This document shows, in pieces, positions 9,625 to 18,571 of a stretch of 64,000 nt of DNA. The number at the start of each line of letters is the position of its first letter. Positions within the stretch are counted from its first letter, which is position 1. Below the pieces are notes generated by a model. The model worked only from the letters and a program-made list of their open reading frames with translations, was not told where the DNA came from and did not search any database. The DNA is from a virus (lineage: Duplodnaviria; Caudoviricetes): the IMG/VR virus record IMGVR_UViG_3300031867_000008, positions 76,957 to 140,956 of that record. One strand, given 5' to 3'. Both the position numbers and the translations under genes were made by a program.

Positions 9625-10640
9625 TCTGTTATAGTTTCATCGTCCATTACATCAAACTCCTTGCAGTCACAGTCACAGCAATCACAATCATAGTCGTCAA
9701 GATAACTCTTTGGAACACCATACTTTTCAATAGCTAACTTTTCAGCTTCCTCGGTGAGTTCTTGTGCATAGTATTCATCAGCTATCTGCTTGGCAAGTTT
9801 TTCAATCTCACGCTGCTTTTTGCGCTTTGCTTTCTTAGCATCTCTCTTAGCCTTTGATTCTGCATGAATTTTATCTTCTTTTGCTTTCTTTTCTGCTTCA
9901 ATCTTAGCTTTTTCTTCTGCTTTCTTAGCATCTTCAATAGGTTTGATTACAAGCCTGTCCCATTCAGAGAGCATTTTGCCACCGTTACCAAAGGCTTTCT
10001 TTGCAATAGCTGTAACAAAACCTGTGTACTGATCTGCTGTTTTAGGGTCACAAGTCACTGTTGTAGAAGTGTTGTCAGACCATTTAATAATAGTTACTCC
10101 GTTTTCTGCTATGTATTTGTAATCTACTATCTTCGGAATATTTGTAATCATGTTATTGTCCTTTCTAGCATATTTATTTGTGATTGCTTCAAGATACCAA
10201 TTTGCAAGTATCTCGGTACTTAGTCTCTCACAATCTTCAATTGTTGAATCTATACTCTTTTCAGAATTTGTCCTCGTATCAGAAATTGTCCTCATATCCG
10301 CATTTTCCCTTTCATTATGATAAAATTCATCAAAATAAACACTATCTGCTCGTTTACCATCGCCATAGATTGTATTTGTTTGTAATAAATCTCTTACCTT
10401 TTCAAAAGTTTGTCTGCTAACTTCCACATTGTCTATCATGCACCTTGCTCTAATGGCTATTTCACTGAGCGAGATTCCTCTAAATTCTGCGTTAGCATAT
10501 ACATTGTTTACTTCAAACATCGAAGTTTTTGTAGCGATATGGGCTTGTCCATCAGCACCTAAGTACACTACAAAAATATCATCTGTATCTACATATAAAA
10601 TGTGAGGTTCAATAAAGCGTTGTCCGTGTGTTATATACAT
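9621..10640 (-). CDS. Hypothetical phage protein with a charged coiled-coil C-terminus
   Basis: 339-aa ORF; T.IKWSD.T.T.V motif, K/E/A-rich helix, Cys/Asp tail. Confidence 0.75.
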   Translation of the reverse strand: MYITHGQRFIEPHILYVDTDDIFVVYLGADGQAHIATKTSMFEVNNVYANAEFRGISLSEIAIRARCMIDNVEVSRQTFEKVRDLLQTNTIYGDGKRADSVYFDEFYHNERENADMRTISDTRTNSEKSIDSTIEDCERLSTEILANWYLEAITNKYARKDNNMITNIPKIVDYKYIAENGVTIIKWSDNTSTTVTCDPKTADQYTGFVTAIAKKAFGNGGKMLSEWDRLVIKPIEDAKKAEEKAKIEAEKKAKEDKIHAESKAKRDAKKAKRKKQREIEKLAKQIADEYYAQELTEEAEKLAIEKYGVPKSYLDDYDCDCCDCDCKEFDVMDDETITD

Positions 10641-10646
10641 TTGTTA

Positions 10647-11330
10647 TCACATTCCTCTCTTAATTCTTTTTTGAGCAATCTCAAAATAGCTTTCGTCAAT
10701 TTCTACACCGATGAAATCACGGTTTAATTCAATAGCTGCAATTCCAGTTGAGCCAATTCCCATAAAAGGGTCAAGTACAATTTCATTTTCCAAAGATGAA
10801 TTGTCGATCAGTATTTTCATTAACTCAACTGGCTTTTCAGTATTGTGAAGATTTTGTCCATCCTCACCCTTAGTCTTTTTATTTGGTATTGAAAGAATAT
10901 CCGAAGTTCCACAATGGTTTATTTTCTTACCCTTGCCTTTTCGGAAGAAAAGTATATACTCAAAAGAACTCATGTAGTAATGTCCCATTATCTTATTACC
11001 TTTGCTCCAAATAAGGCTTTTGACAAACTTGAAACCATTTTGAGTAAACACGTTCAACATATGTATTAAGTTGATATGATTGCACATTACATAACAATGT
11101 GAACCATCTTTCAATACTCTGTAAAATTCAGGAGCATAAGATTCACAATCTATATTGTTATAGGTAAAGACTTTGCCTATCATAAATTCTTTTGATTGTA
11201 ACATTCCACCACTATTTCCTGCGTTTCCTCTGGAAGTAACTGGATAGGGGGGGTCAGTTACGATAAGGTCAACACTGTTATTAGGAATACTTTTTATTAT
11301 TTTTAGACAATTATCTTGAAATAATTTAAT
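10647..11330 (-). CDS. Site-specific DNA methyltransferase (N4/N6, beta class) with a probable ATT start
   Basis: The frame extends 42 codons upstream of the track ORF (IKLFQDNCLK...SVDLIVTDPPY) to ATT 11330, with an in-frame TAA two codons earlier; HNTEKPV and VLDPFMGIGSTG downstream. Confidence 0.88.
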   Translation of the reverse strand: MKLFQDNCLKIIKSIPNNSVDLIVTDPPYPVTSRGNAGNSGGMLQSKEFMIGKVFTYNNIDCESYAPEFYRVLKDGSHCYVMCNHINLIHMLNVFTQNGFKFVKSLIWSKGNKIMGHYYMSSFEYILFFRKGKGKKINHCGTSDILSIPNKKTKGEDGQNLHNTEKPVELMKILIDNSSLENEIVLDPFMGIGSTGIAAIELNRDFIGVEIDESYFEIAQKRIKRGM

Positions 11331-11350
11331 TTCTTATCACTCACTTTCTT

Positions 11351-12247
11351 TTAATAATTTGTAATCAGCACTTCTTTAGTTTTAAACTCTTTGTTTTTAG
11401 CTTGATAATTACAGTTATCATAATTGTAGTTCATCGGAATTAGATTATAGTCATACTTCTTAATCCATTCGATTAGAATATCATTAGTCTCGCCCTTATG
11501 TTCGATAACATTTGATAATGCGAATCTTGTGCCATAATTAGTTAGTTCGTTGAGAATATATAGCAAGGTTCTATCATCATTTTCAGACCAACCTCTAAAA
11601 CCTCTCTTACCATCATTATAAGCTGCACAGCCAAGTCTGTAAGGTGGATCACAATAAATGAAACTGTTGGAGTATTTATCAAGAATAGAGTAATCAAAGT
11701 CCACGAAATCTTGTTTTGAAAAATTGATGTTATGATTATTTAATAACTGATGGAATGCTATTAGTCCATCTTCATAAATCTCTCTGTAATAATATCTATC
11801 TTTACCAAAAGAGCTATTATACTCATGATTATTATTAAATCTAATTTGACGATTAAAGCTATAACAAGTTAAAAGAAATAAATCAATCGGACTTCTGTTA
11901 TTAGATTTGTTATACCAATTCCTATATTCTATAAACCCTTGCTCGTTCATTTTGCATAATTGAAATTTGACAATTTGTGAATGAATATAATCTCTTATCT
12001 CACATATATCATTTCGTTGTAAATATTCATAAAGCTCTATTATATGATAATTTATGTCATTCGCATAGGTGATTTTTATGCTTGGCAATTCATAATTGAC
12101 TGCAACATCACAACCACCACAAAACAAATCAACAAAACAATCTGTATCTTTTGGAAAATGTTCAAAAAGTTTGTCTAAGAGTTTATACTTATTTCCTATA
12201 TAATTCATGGGAGATTTAACATATGGTTTTGTCTTTTTATCTTTCAT
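11351..12247 (-). CDS. DNA adenine methyltransferase (Dam/D12 class)
   Basis: KSPMNYIGNKYKLL, FVDLFCGG, YCDPPY, EVLITNY. Confidence 0.92.
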   Translation of the reverse strand: MKDKKTKPYVKSPMNYIGNKYKLLDKLFEHFPKDTDCFVDLFCGGCDVAVNYELPSIKITYANDINYHIIELYEYLQRNDICEIRDYIHSQIVKFQLCKMNEQGFIEYRNWYNKSNNRSPIDLFLLTCYSFNRQIRFNNNHEYNSSFGKDRYYYREIYEDGLIAFHQLLNNHNINFSKQDFVDFDYSILDKYSNSFIYCDPPYRLGCAAYNDGKRGFRGWSENDDRTLLYILNELTNYGTRFALSNVIEHKGETNDILIEWIKKYDYNLIPMNYNYDNCNYQAKNKEFKTKEVLITNY

Positions 12248-12765
12248 ACACCACTCTCCTTAATTTTCAAATCCTCCCTTAATACTTCATAGATCACTGA
12301 ATCATGATACTTACCGTTGAACCAAGCTACTCTACACAGAGTACCAACTTTTCTGCCACCAAACTTCTTAATAAACCTATCGTACAGTTTAATAGCAGGA
12401 TTGTCGGCAAATGCAAAGAACTCCATTCGCTGCGCTCCATGCTCAAACATGGTTTTGATATTTGAAAGCACGTCAATTAGAAAAGGTATGTTGTTCTCGT
12501 TGAATCCTATAAGCCCAAAGTTCCTGAGCGACTTATTACCATCTTCGTAGTTGTAGGTGAAATAACCATCGACTTCTCCTTCGTTGTTTAAGTGAACGAA
12601 GTCTCTGCGCCAATAAGCGTTGTCGGGTATCTCAAACTCATTTCTGTCGTTTGCAAAATACCACTGATATTTCGGATCATACCAACAAGAAATCATCTTG
12701 CGTTTAAGTTCTTCTTTGTAAAGCTGTGCAGGCATGAGCAATTCTACCAACTCCTTACTGTACAT
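12244..12765 (-). CDS. GNAT-family acetyltransferase-like protein
   Basis: NPAIKLY...GGRKVG......NGKYHDSVIYEVL, a RimJ/RimL-like C-terminus. Confidence 0.65.
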   Translation of the reverse strand: MYSKELVELLMPAQLYKEELKRKMISCWYDPKYQWYFANDRNEFEIPDNAYWRRDFVHLNNEGEVDGYFTYNYEDGNKSLRNFGLIGFNENNIPFLIDVLSNIKTMFEHGAQRMEFFAFADNPAIKLYDRFIKKFGGRKVGTLCRVAWFNGKYHDSVIYEVLREDLKIKESGV

Positions 12766-12901
12766 ATTTTATCCAGTCTCGTATACTCTTGAAGAAAAGG
12801 CAAATTGTAGAGCCTATCTTCTGCAAAATATTTAAATCTTTATCAGACCAAACTAACTTGTATTTTGTCATATGTATATATCACTTCCTTACTGTTCTTT
12901 C

Positions 12902-13126
12902 TTAATTTCTAAGATGATGGTCTACAATTAAGTAAATCAATAATATCACCACGACTAACACCAAGGGAATCCATATTGGTGCAAGCACCCATAACCAAGA
13001 CCATTTTATGACCCCACAGAGTTTAAGTGCAATAAACACAATCGTAAGCAAACCACAAAATCCTATACCGCCTGATTGGGTAGACTTGTTGTTGTTATTA
13101 TTATCAGCCATTTTATCTCCTTTCAC
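12902..13126 (-). CDS. Small phage membrane protein
   Basis: GGIGFCGLLTIVFIALKL.GVI.WSWLWVLAPIW; start probably at ATG 13111. Confidence 0.75.
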   Translation of the reverse strand: MKGDKMADNNNNNKSTQSGGIGFCGLLTIVFIALKLCGVIKWSWLWVLAPIWIPLVLVVVILLIYLIVDHHLRN

Positions 13127-14411
13127 TATACTTTATACCTCAAAAAGTCCTCGCCATAAATTTCATTGACTGAATCAAACACATACCGCAATCCGAGTCC
13201 ATGAGAATTGCTTGTCCACAATTTTTTCGGATTCCAGTTCTTCCATTCTCCATCGTACTCAGGAGCATTTGGATCATAATAGGGATTGTCTATCCATTCT
13301 CCACCTTTTAAACAGAAGTCATATTGTTTTGGGTGAGTTCTTGCAAGTGCTTGTATTCTTGTTTCGCCTTTTTCTAAATGGACACCTAGTAGGCAGAAGA
13401 TGCAACCTGACCTTCTTACACCAGTTGTTTCTAACAATCCCTTTTCATTCTCTACAATATCGCCATAAACCGAACATATTTGAATATTGTATCTTCTTAT
13501 GTATTCAAGAATATCCTGTTCAGTCCAAAAACTTAATGGCTGAGAACTTGGTTTCTTTCCCTCAAAAGCGTTACAACCTGTTCTTATCCATGATTGTCTA
13601 CGCATAAGACTTTCTTCTGCCATAGTGCCAAGATAAGGTTTGTTATGACTTGCTCTCTGATAAATACCGATAGGAGATTTTTTCATAACATCACAACATT
13701 TGCCACTTATAAGAAAAGGTGTGTAAACCAAAGGCAACCATTTCTTCTTGTTAAACTTTGACTTAACTTTAACATCGTCATAGCTACCCAGAATCCCAAG
13801 GAGCTGTTTTCGTCTGTAATTCTCCTGCACTACATGAGTCTGTACTGTTGTTACAGTTGTCGATTCTTCTGCCAAGCAACTCTTGTCTCTTTCTGATTGC
13901 TGTCTTGAATTGCTCTGATGGGGGGGGGGATTTGGTAGTAACGCTTGTCGAGTAGTTCTTCTCTCCTGTGTTTCGTTTCCTTGAATCCTCTCTCTGCCCC
14001 CCCCTCAGAGGTATTGCTATTTCGTATTCTTCTTGCATAATAAATAGCATTAGCAACTTCTTTACTGATTAAAGGATAACCATAATTTCTTATGACGTTT
14101 ACAAAATTCATCTTAGGAGTCACAAACGTTGCGTTCTTACTTCTTGCGAATTTCTGAATTTCGGGATATTCAAGCCCTGTGTTGCTAAATACAACAGGAA
14201 GTTCAAACGTAGGGTCAATGGCGGCAAGAGTTTTCTTTACAAGGTCAAGAAGAACTGTGCTGTCCTTGCCGCCCGAGAACGATAGATAAACTTGACCCTC
14301 CCAAAAATTGAACCATTCTATAATTCTTGCTTGTGTAATTGCTATCTTGCGGTCAAGTGGCAAGACTTGCAGTTCTTTTAGTCGAGCTGCATCATGAATG
14401 TCGATTGGCAT
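13126..14411 (-). CDS. PAPS-reductase-domain protein, split by a frameshift at homopolymer tracts (N-part 13851-14411, C-part 13126-13875)
   Basis: N-part has the SFSGGKDSTVL PP-loop and NTGLEYPE; C-part has CCDVMKK, PLSFWTEQDIL, RSGCIFC. One extra base in the G8 tract (13997-14004) or C10 tract (13920-13929) of the coding strand gives a 428-aa fusion. Confidence 0.85.
13920..13929. repeat. G10 homopolymer (C10 on the coding strand)
   Basis: Read directly from the sequence. Confidence 0.9.
13997..14004. repeat. C8 homopolymer (G8 on the coding strand)
   Basis: Read directly from the sequence. Confidence 0.9.
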
Positions 14412-14906
14412 TTATTCATCTCCTTCTCTATCATCTATTTCTTTAAAACCTGTTTTGAATTTAACATTTCTAAAGCAATGTGTATTAACACTCGAAACCC
14501 ATAATAGGAAATTAGAATCGTTAAATAAACTATCAGACATAAGAATGTTTGCTGCTTTCTTACCTTTAAACTGTAAGGGATTTGGGTTTTCACTTGAATA
14601 CCAATGAATTTGAATATCTCTGTGACGATAAATTTCTTCTTTATTGTTTGGCGGCTCTGGAATTAACCAATCTATATAGCGAATATTAGGGAAATTTGCG
14701 ACTCTATATTCAAATCGTCTTTTCTCTAATATAGAAATGATTGATTCTATTACATTGTAAAAGTTGTCAAAATCGTTGTTCTTATCAATGTACACAATAA
14801 AGTTATCACCGAGTTCTTGGCAATAATTATCTATTAACAATGAAATATTATCTTTTGATATTCGATAATATCCATGCTCTTCGTTTATAAATGGTTGCGC
14901 ATTCAT
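14412..14906 (-). CDS. Hypothetical protein
   Basis: 164-aa ORF with AGGAG RBS. Confidence 0.7.
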   Translation of the reverse strand: MNAQPFINEEHGYYRISKDNISLLIDNYCQELGDNFIVYIDKNNDFDNFYNVIESIISILEKRRFEYRVANFPNIRYIDWLIPEPPNNKEEIYRHRDIQIHWYSSENPNPLQFKGKKAANILMSDSLFNDSNFLLWVSSVNTHCFRNVKFKTGFKEIDDREGDE

Positions 14907-14991
14907 AGCCTAATCTCCTATTTGTTCTTTTTACGTTTCTCCATCTCGCAAACCACATCTGCATAGAATTTATTCCATGTAGGTTTGTCTA

Positions 14992-15107
14992 TGAACTACT
15001 CACGAGCTAAAGCTCAATGAGCTTCTTGCTTCCTCGTCCTCGTAACCTACTAACTCCACAAGCGTATAAGTTCGGACAGTTCCTGCCCTACTTTATCATT
15101 ATCTTAT
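14992..15107 (-). ncRNA. IS200/IS605 right end / TnpB omega(re)RNA scaffold
   Basis: Directly 3' of tnpB: GGGCAGGAACTGTCC hairpin ... GAAGCTCATTGAGCTTTAGCTCGTGAGTAGTTCA subterminal hairpin, typical of IS605 right ends. The putative guide follows (TAGACAAACCTACATGG). Confidence 0.75.
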
Positions 15108-16214
15108 TTATCCTGCTACCCTTAATCCTTCATAAAGAATATTAACAGCAGCATTTACATCTCTATCATGATGCTCACCACAATTAGGACAAATCCACTC
15201 TCTTACAGACAAGTCTTTAGTCTCTGTATTCTTATAGCCACAGCAGTTGCACAACTGCGAACTTGGATAGAATTTATCAATTTGCACCACCTGTTTACCA
15301 TACCATTCAGCCTTGTAATACAACATTCTAACAAACTCACTCCAAGAAACATCACTGATAGATTTTGCAAGATTATGATTCTTCATCATATTACTTACTT
15401 GTAAATCTTCTAAGCAGATAATATCATAAGTCCTAATCAGTTCTGTACTCAGCTTCTGTAAGAAATCCTTCCTCTGATTAGTAACCTTCTCCCAAGCCCT
15501 CGCAAATCTCACTCTTGCCTTATCACGATTCTTACTACCCTTTGACTTTCGAGATAGTTGTCTCTGTAATTTAACAAGTTTCTTTTCAGACTTTGTGAGG
15601 TATTTAGGATTGGGTATCTTCTGTCCATAAGAAGTGATAGCAAATTCTTTTAAACCTAAGTCTATGCCTACTGAACAACCGGTTTTGGGTAAAGGTTGTT
15701 CATCATCTTTTTCAACAAGAACTGAAACATAATATTTACCGCTTGAAGTTTGACTGATCGTGGCTGACTTTATCTTGCCCATTATGTTAGGGATTCCATG
15801 AGCTTTAACCCATTTGAATTTGGGGAGTTTTATTTTGCGGTTATCAAAGTCTATTTCTATATTTGTACCAGTTATATTAGTTTTATAAGACTTTTTACTT
15901 ACCTTCTTGCTCTTGAATTTAGGAAATCCAGTATGTTCCTTAAAAAACTTTTGATAAGCAGAATCAAGATTATTCACCGCGTTTTGTAAAGAAAATTTAT
16001 CAACTTCTTTAAGCCATAAATATTCTTGTTTTAACACTCTATTAACATAATTCACTATATCAAATTTAGATAAAGAAATATTCTCATTCTTATACTTATC
16101 AATTCGATAAGCTAAACATTGATTATAAACAAACCTCACACAACCGAAAGTTTTCTGTAATAATATTTCCTGTTCTTTATTAGGGTAAAGTCTAAACTTA
16201 TAGCTTTTATACAT
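15108..16214 (-). CDS. tnpB: RNA-guided endonuclease TnpB (IS200/IS605 family); no tnpA
   Basis: [11 protein letters not shown]...[12 protein letters not shown], RuvC GIDLG / LEDL / DRDVNAA all intact, Zn finger CxxC...CxxC. Confidence 0.95.
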   Translation of the reverse strand: MYKSYKFRLYPNKEQEILLQKTFGCVRFVYNQCLAYRIDKYKNENISLSKFDIVNYVNRVLKQEYLWLKEVDKFSLQNAVNNLDSAYQKFFKEHTGFPKFKSKKVSKKSYKTNITGTNIEIDFDNRKIKLPKFKWVKAHGIPNIMGKIKSATISQTSSGKYYVSVLVEKDDEQPLPKTGCSVGIDLGLKEFAITSYGQKIPNPKYLTKSEKKLVKLQRQLSRKSKGSKNRDKARVRFARAWEKVTNQRKDFLQKLSTELIRTYDIICLEDLQVSNMMKNHNLAKSISDVSWSEFVRMLYYKAEWYGKQVVQIDKFYPSSQLCNCCGYKNTETKDLSVREWICPNCGEHHDRDVNAAVNILYEGLRVAG

Positions 16215-16242
16215 TTGCTATCACTTCACTTTATTTTCCCAC

Positions 16243-16797
16243 TCATTCGACTAACGCCCTTTCGTATTTATGTAGTTCTCTCAGTTCCAGCTTACTCGGC
16301 AGAAAATCTCTACAAAAGTAAGCTGAACCAAAAGCTGTTCCCTCAGTAACGTGCTTCATATCACCGTTCATAAAGAACCCGACTCTTGAATCGAAGCAGA
16401 GCATTTGGATTTCATTATTAAATATCTTGAACCTTGACTTTCCTTGAATACTATTGCAAGGGAGCAATAAGGCAAATGGTTTATTGAAATCAAACGCTCT
16501 TTCGAGAACTTTATCTTTCTTACTGAATGGTGGGTTGCTTATCATGATGTCCCAATGATCGGGTTCGCATTTGAAAAAATCTTTGCCTTCGTCAATGTGA
16601 GAGTGAACAACTCTCATGCCCCCCCCCCCTGTGAGGACTTGAACAAATGCGGAATATTCTTTATCGAATGGACACCAAATAATTTTGGACTTGTCTGTGA
16701 GAAATTCAAGGAGAGGGTCTACGGCATAGAAAGGTGTGTACATTTCATCACCCGAACTTGTTCTATTAGACGTTAAGTAACCTTTATTCAACGGCAT
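16243..16797 (-). CDS. Putative adenine DNA methyltransferase (NPPF) with an in-frame G11 tract
   Basis: DEMYTP, IWCPFD, GKDFF, ISNPPFS; the GGGG peptide is encoded by G11 (C11 at 16619-16629). Confidence 0.8.
   Translation of the reverse strand: MPLNKGYLTSNRTSSGDEMYTPFYAVDPLLEFLTDKSKIIWCPFDKEYSAFVQVLTGGGGMRVVHSHIDEGKDFFKCEPDHWDIMISNPPFSKKDKVLERAFDFNKPFALLLPCNSIQGKSRFKIFNNEIQMLCFDSRVGFFMNGDMKHVTEGTAFGSAYFCRDFLPSKLELRELHKYERALVE
16619..16629. repeat. C11 homopolymer (G11 on the coding strand)
   Basis: Read directly from the sequence. Confidence 0.9.
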
Positions 16798-17080
16798 TAT
16801 TACTTCCTTTCTCAATTCCTATTGCGTTTTCTTTCTCCCAATCCCATTTATCTTCATTCCATCCAGAACGTTGTCTTAACCCTAAAGCTGTAAGGTTGAT
16901 TACATTATCACTCATACGATAATCGTCATAATAGGTGTCCACCAAAACTTTTGCATTTCCTTTGAACTTCGTTACAACACATTCTTCAAAAGAAGCCCGA
17001 TAGCCACGAGAATTTCTGCCAGAGAAAAGGATCGTGTCACCAACGCTTATTTCATTACCGAGATAATCTTTCATCATCAA
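16784..17080 (-). CDS. Hypothetical protein
   Basis: KDYLGNEISVGD phage-type N-terminus; AAGGGG RBS. Confidence 0.7.
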   Translation of the reverse strand: MMMKDYLGNEISVGDTILFSGRNSRGYRASFEECVVTKFKGNAKVLVDTYYDDYRMSDNVINLTALGLRQRSGWNEDKWDWEKENAIGIEKGSNNAVE

Positions 17081-17233
17081 CCATCCCCTTTATGATAAAA
17101 CCTCGATTTTATAGGTGTTTATTGTCCATTTTTATGGACAATAAAGCTAAATTTTAGCAATTTTTAAAATATTCGCTAAATAACTGTACAATTATTTGTA
17201 CTATAAATCATTTAACCATCAACTATTTTTGGC

Positions 17234-17500
17234 TCACGCCCCCCCTTGCATTGTGCTAAGAGTAGGAGCAAGATAGTCTTTATCATACACCCTACGGATT
17301 TGTTCTTTACCTTTAATATCAAGCATACCCATTACAACAATTTTTGATTCGGTGTTACCACCACAGCCAATACCATGCAGAGTAGGAGAAATACCTTCTT
17401 GTGAATAAACTCTATGTCTTGATTCAATCCATTCAGGTTTGTCAAGGCTTCCCATTGTTTCAATTTCATTTGCGTGAACACTATTATTTTTAGTATTCAC
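17234..17500 (-). CDS. C5-methyltransferase target-recognition-like modules (two), ending at a G7 tract
   Basis: RVYSQEGISPTLHG and RVYDKDYLAPTLSTMQGG; changing G7 (17239-17245) to G6 or G9 would continue as REPKIVDG. Confidence 0.7.
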   Translation of the reverse strand: MNTKNNSVHANEIETMGSLDKPEWIESRHRVYSQEGISPTLHGIGCGGNTESKIVVMGMLDIKGKEQIRRVYDKDYLAPTLSTMQGGA

Positions 17501-17742
17501 GCTTGCTGAAAATTTTCGTCAGAACACTTGTAATTAGGATTATACTGACTGCGATATAAGTGTTCAAATATTAACTCAACACAGTTACTCACGAGCGAAT
17601 TTCCTGCTTGTTTGTACATCTGTGTATCTGACATTCCTATGTTTTTCACTTTCTGAATATCTTCATCTGAAACACTCATAAGTCTTAAACATTCTGTTGG
17701 CGTAAGTTTTCTAATTCTAAATTTCTTCTTATCAATACTCAT
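17497..17742 (-). CDS. C5-cytosine methyltransferase C-terminal fragment (motifs IX-X)
   Basis: FRIRKLTPTECLRLM, YKQAGNS. Confidence 0.88.
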   Translation of the reverse strand: MSIDKKKFRIRKLTPTECLRLMSVSDEDIQKVKNIGMSDTQMYKQAGNSLVSNCVELIFEHLYRSQYNPNYKCSDENFQQA

Positions 17743-17746
17743 TGGC

Positions 17747-17890
17747 TTATTGCCCCCCCCCCGTTGCGGTTACTAAAGTTGGTGCTATATTCTGTGGATC
17801 ATATACAGCTCCATGTCCAGCTTTAAAGGCGTTTTCACATTGACTGTCATATATTGTTCCAAGAACATTAGGTTTACTTCTGTTAGTCAT
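17747..17890 (-). CDS. C5-methyltransferase TRD-like module ending at a G10 tract
   Basis: GAVYDPQNIAPTLVTATGGG; AAGGA RBS before ATG 17890. Removing one G from G10 (17753-17762) fuses it in frame to motifs IX-X. Confidence 0.7.
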   Translation of the reverse strand: MTNRSKPNVLGTIYDSQCENAFKAGHGAVYDPQNIAPTLVTATGGGQ

Positions 17891-17928
17891 TGTTATCCTT
17901 AACCCTCTCAATTCTATACAAACAACAA

Positions 17929-18144
17929 TTACCACTTGCCATTATGGTAGGACAAATCCCCCCCCACTTCCATATCACACAGAACGATTATTTTAGGTTG
18001 ATTTTTATAATAAGTACTTAATACAGTCGCTGATACTCCAAGCGCAGACAACACTTCTGAGTGTTGATGAATTTTATTAGAATCAGGAATCAATCTGCCT
18101 ATCAACATGGGTTTATGAGTTTCGCTTTTCTGTTTTAGATTCAA
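17929..18144 (-). CDS. C5-methyltransferase TRD-like module with a G8 tract
   Basis: GVSATVLSTYYKNQPKI; GGAGTGA RBS before TTG; G8 at 17958-17965. Confidence 0.65.
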   Translation of the reverse strand: MNLKQKSETHKPMLIGRLIPDSNKIHQHSEVLSALGVSATVLSTYYKNQPKIIVLCDMEVGGDLSYHNGKW

Positions 18145-18571
18145 TAGTTATCACTCCTGTCATTGATTGATTTCCAAAACCACGCCAATCTCTTGCTTCT
18201 AAAGTAGCTGCATAATCAAGTTTCTTATTAAACTGGGTTGCATAATTACTTAGTAACACACCCTGATTAGTTGTTGAACTCAACAACACCGGTGCCGTCT
18301 CGTCTAAAATTTGAAATTCCTGCATCATATCTTGCCTTGATGCAGTTTGCTCGGTCAATTGCTCTTGGTTCGTTAAGTGTGAGGTCGATTGTAATTGCTC
18401 TCTCTCTCTCTCAATCAAAAGATTATCTTTTTGAACAGTAGAAATTGTATTTGTCATACCATCATTTCTCGGAACAGCCTCACGATAATCATTAAAGCCA
18501 TGCTTTATCTTGCCGCTTTCATAGTCTTTTCTTAGCGACTTACCCTGTTCGGTGCGCTGCATTTTAAACAC
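18113..18571 (-). CDS. C5-methyltransferase TRD-like modules with a (GA)7G tract
   Basis: TNTISTVQKDNLL and AATLEARDWRGFGNQ modules; dinucleotide tract at 18398-18412. Confidence 0.7.
   Translation of the reverse strand: MFKMQRTEQGKSLRKDYESGKIKHGFNDYREAVPRNDGMTNTISTVQKDNLLIEREREQLQSTSHLTNQEQLTEQTASRQDMMQEFQILDETAPVLLSSTTNQGVLLSNYATQFNKKLDYAATLEARDWRGFGNQSMTGVITIESKTEKRNS

Noticed and set aside
11247-11253. G7 tract as a phase-variation switch
   Set aside because: It is explained by the Asp-Pro-Pro codons of the catalytic DPPY motif and is in frame.
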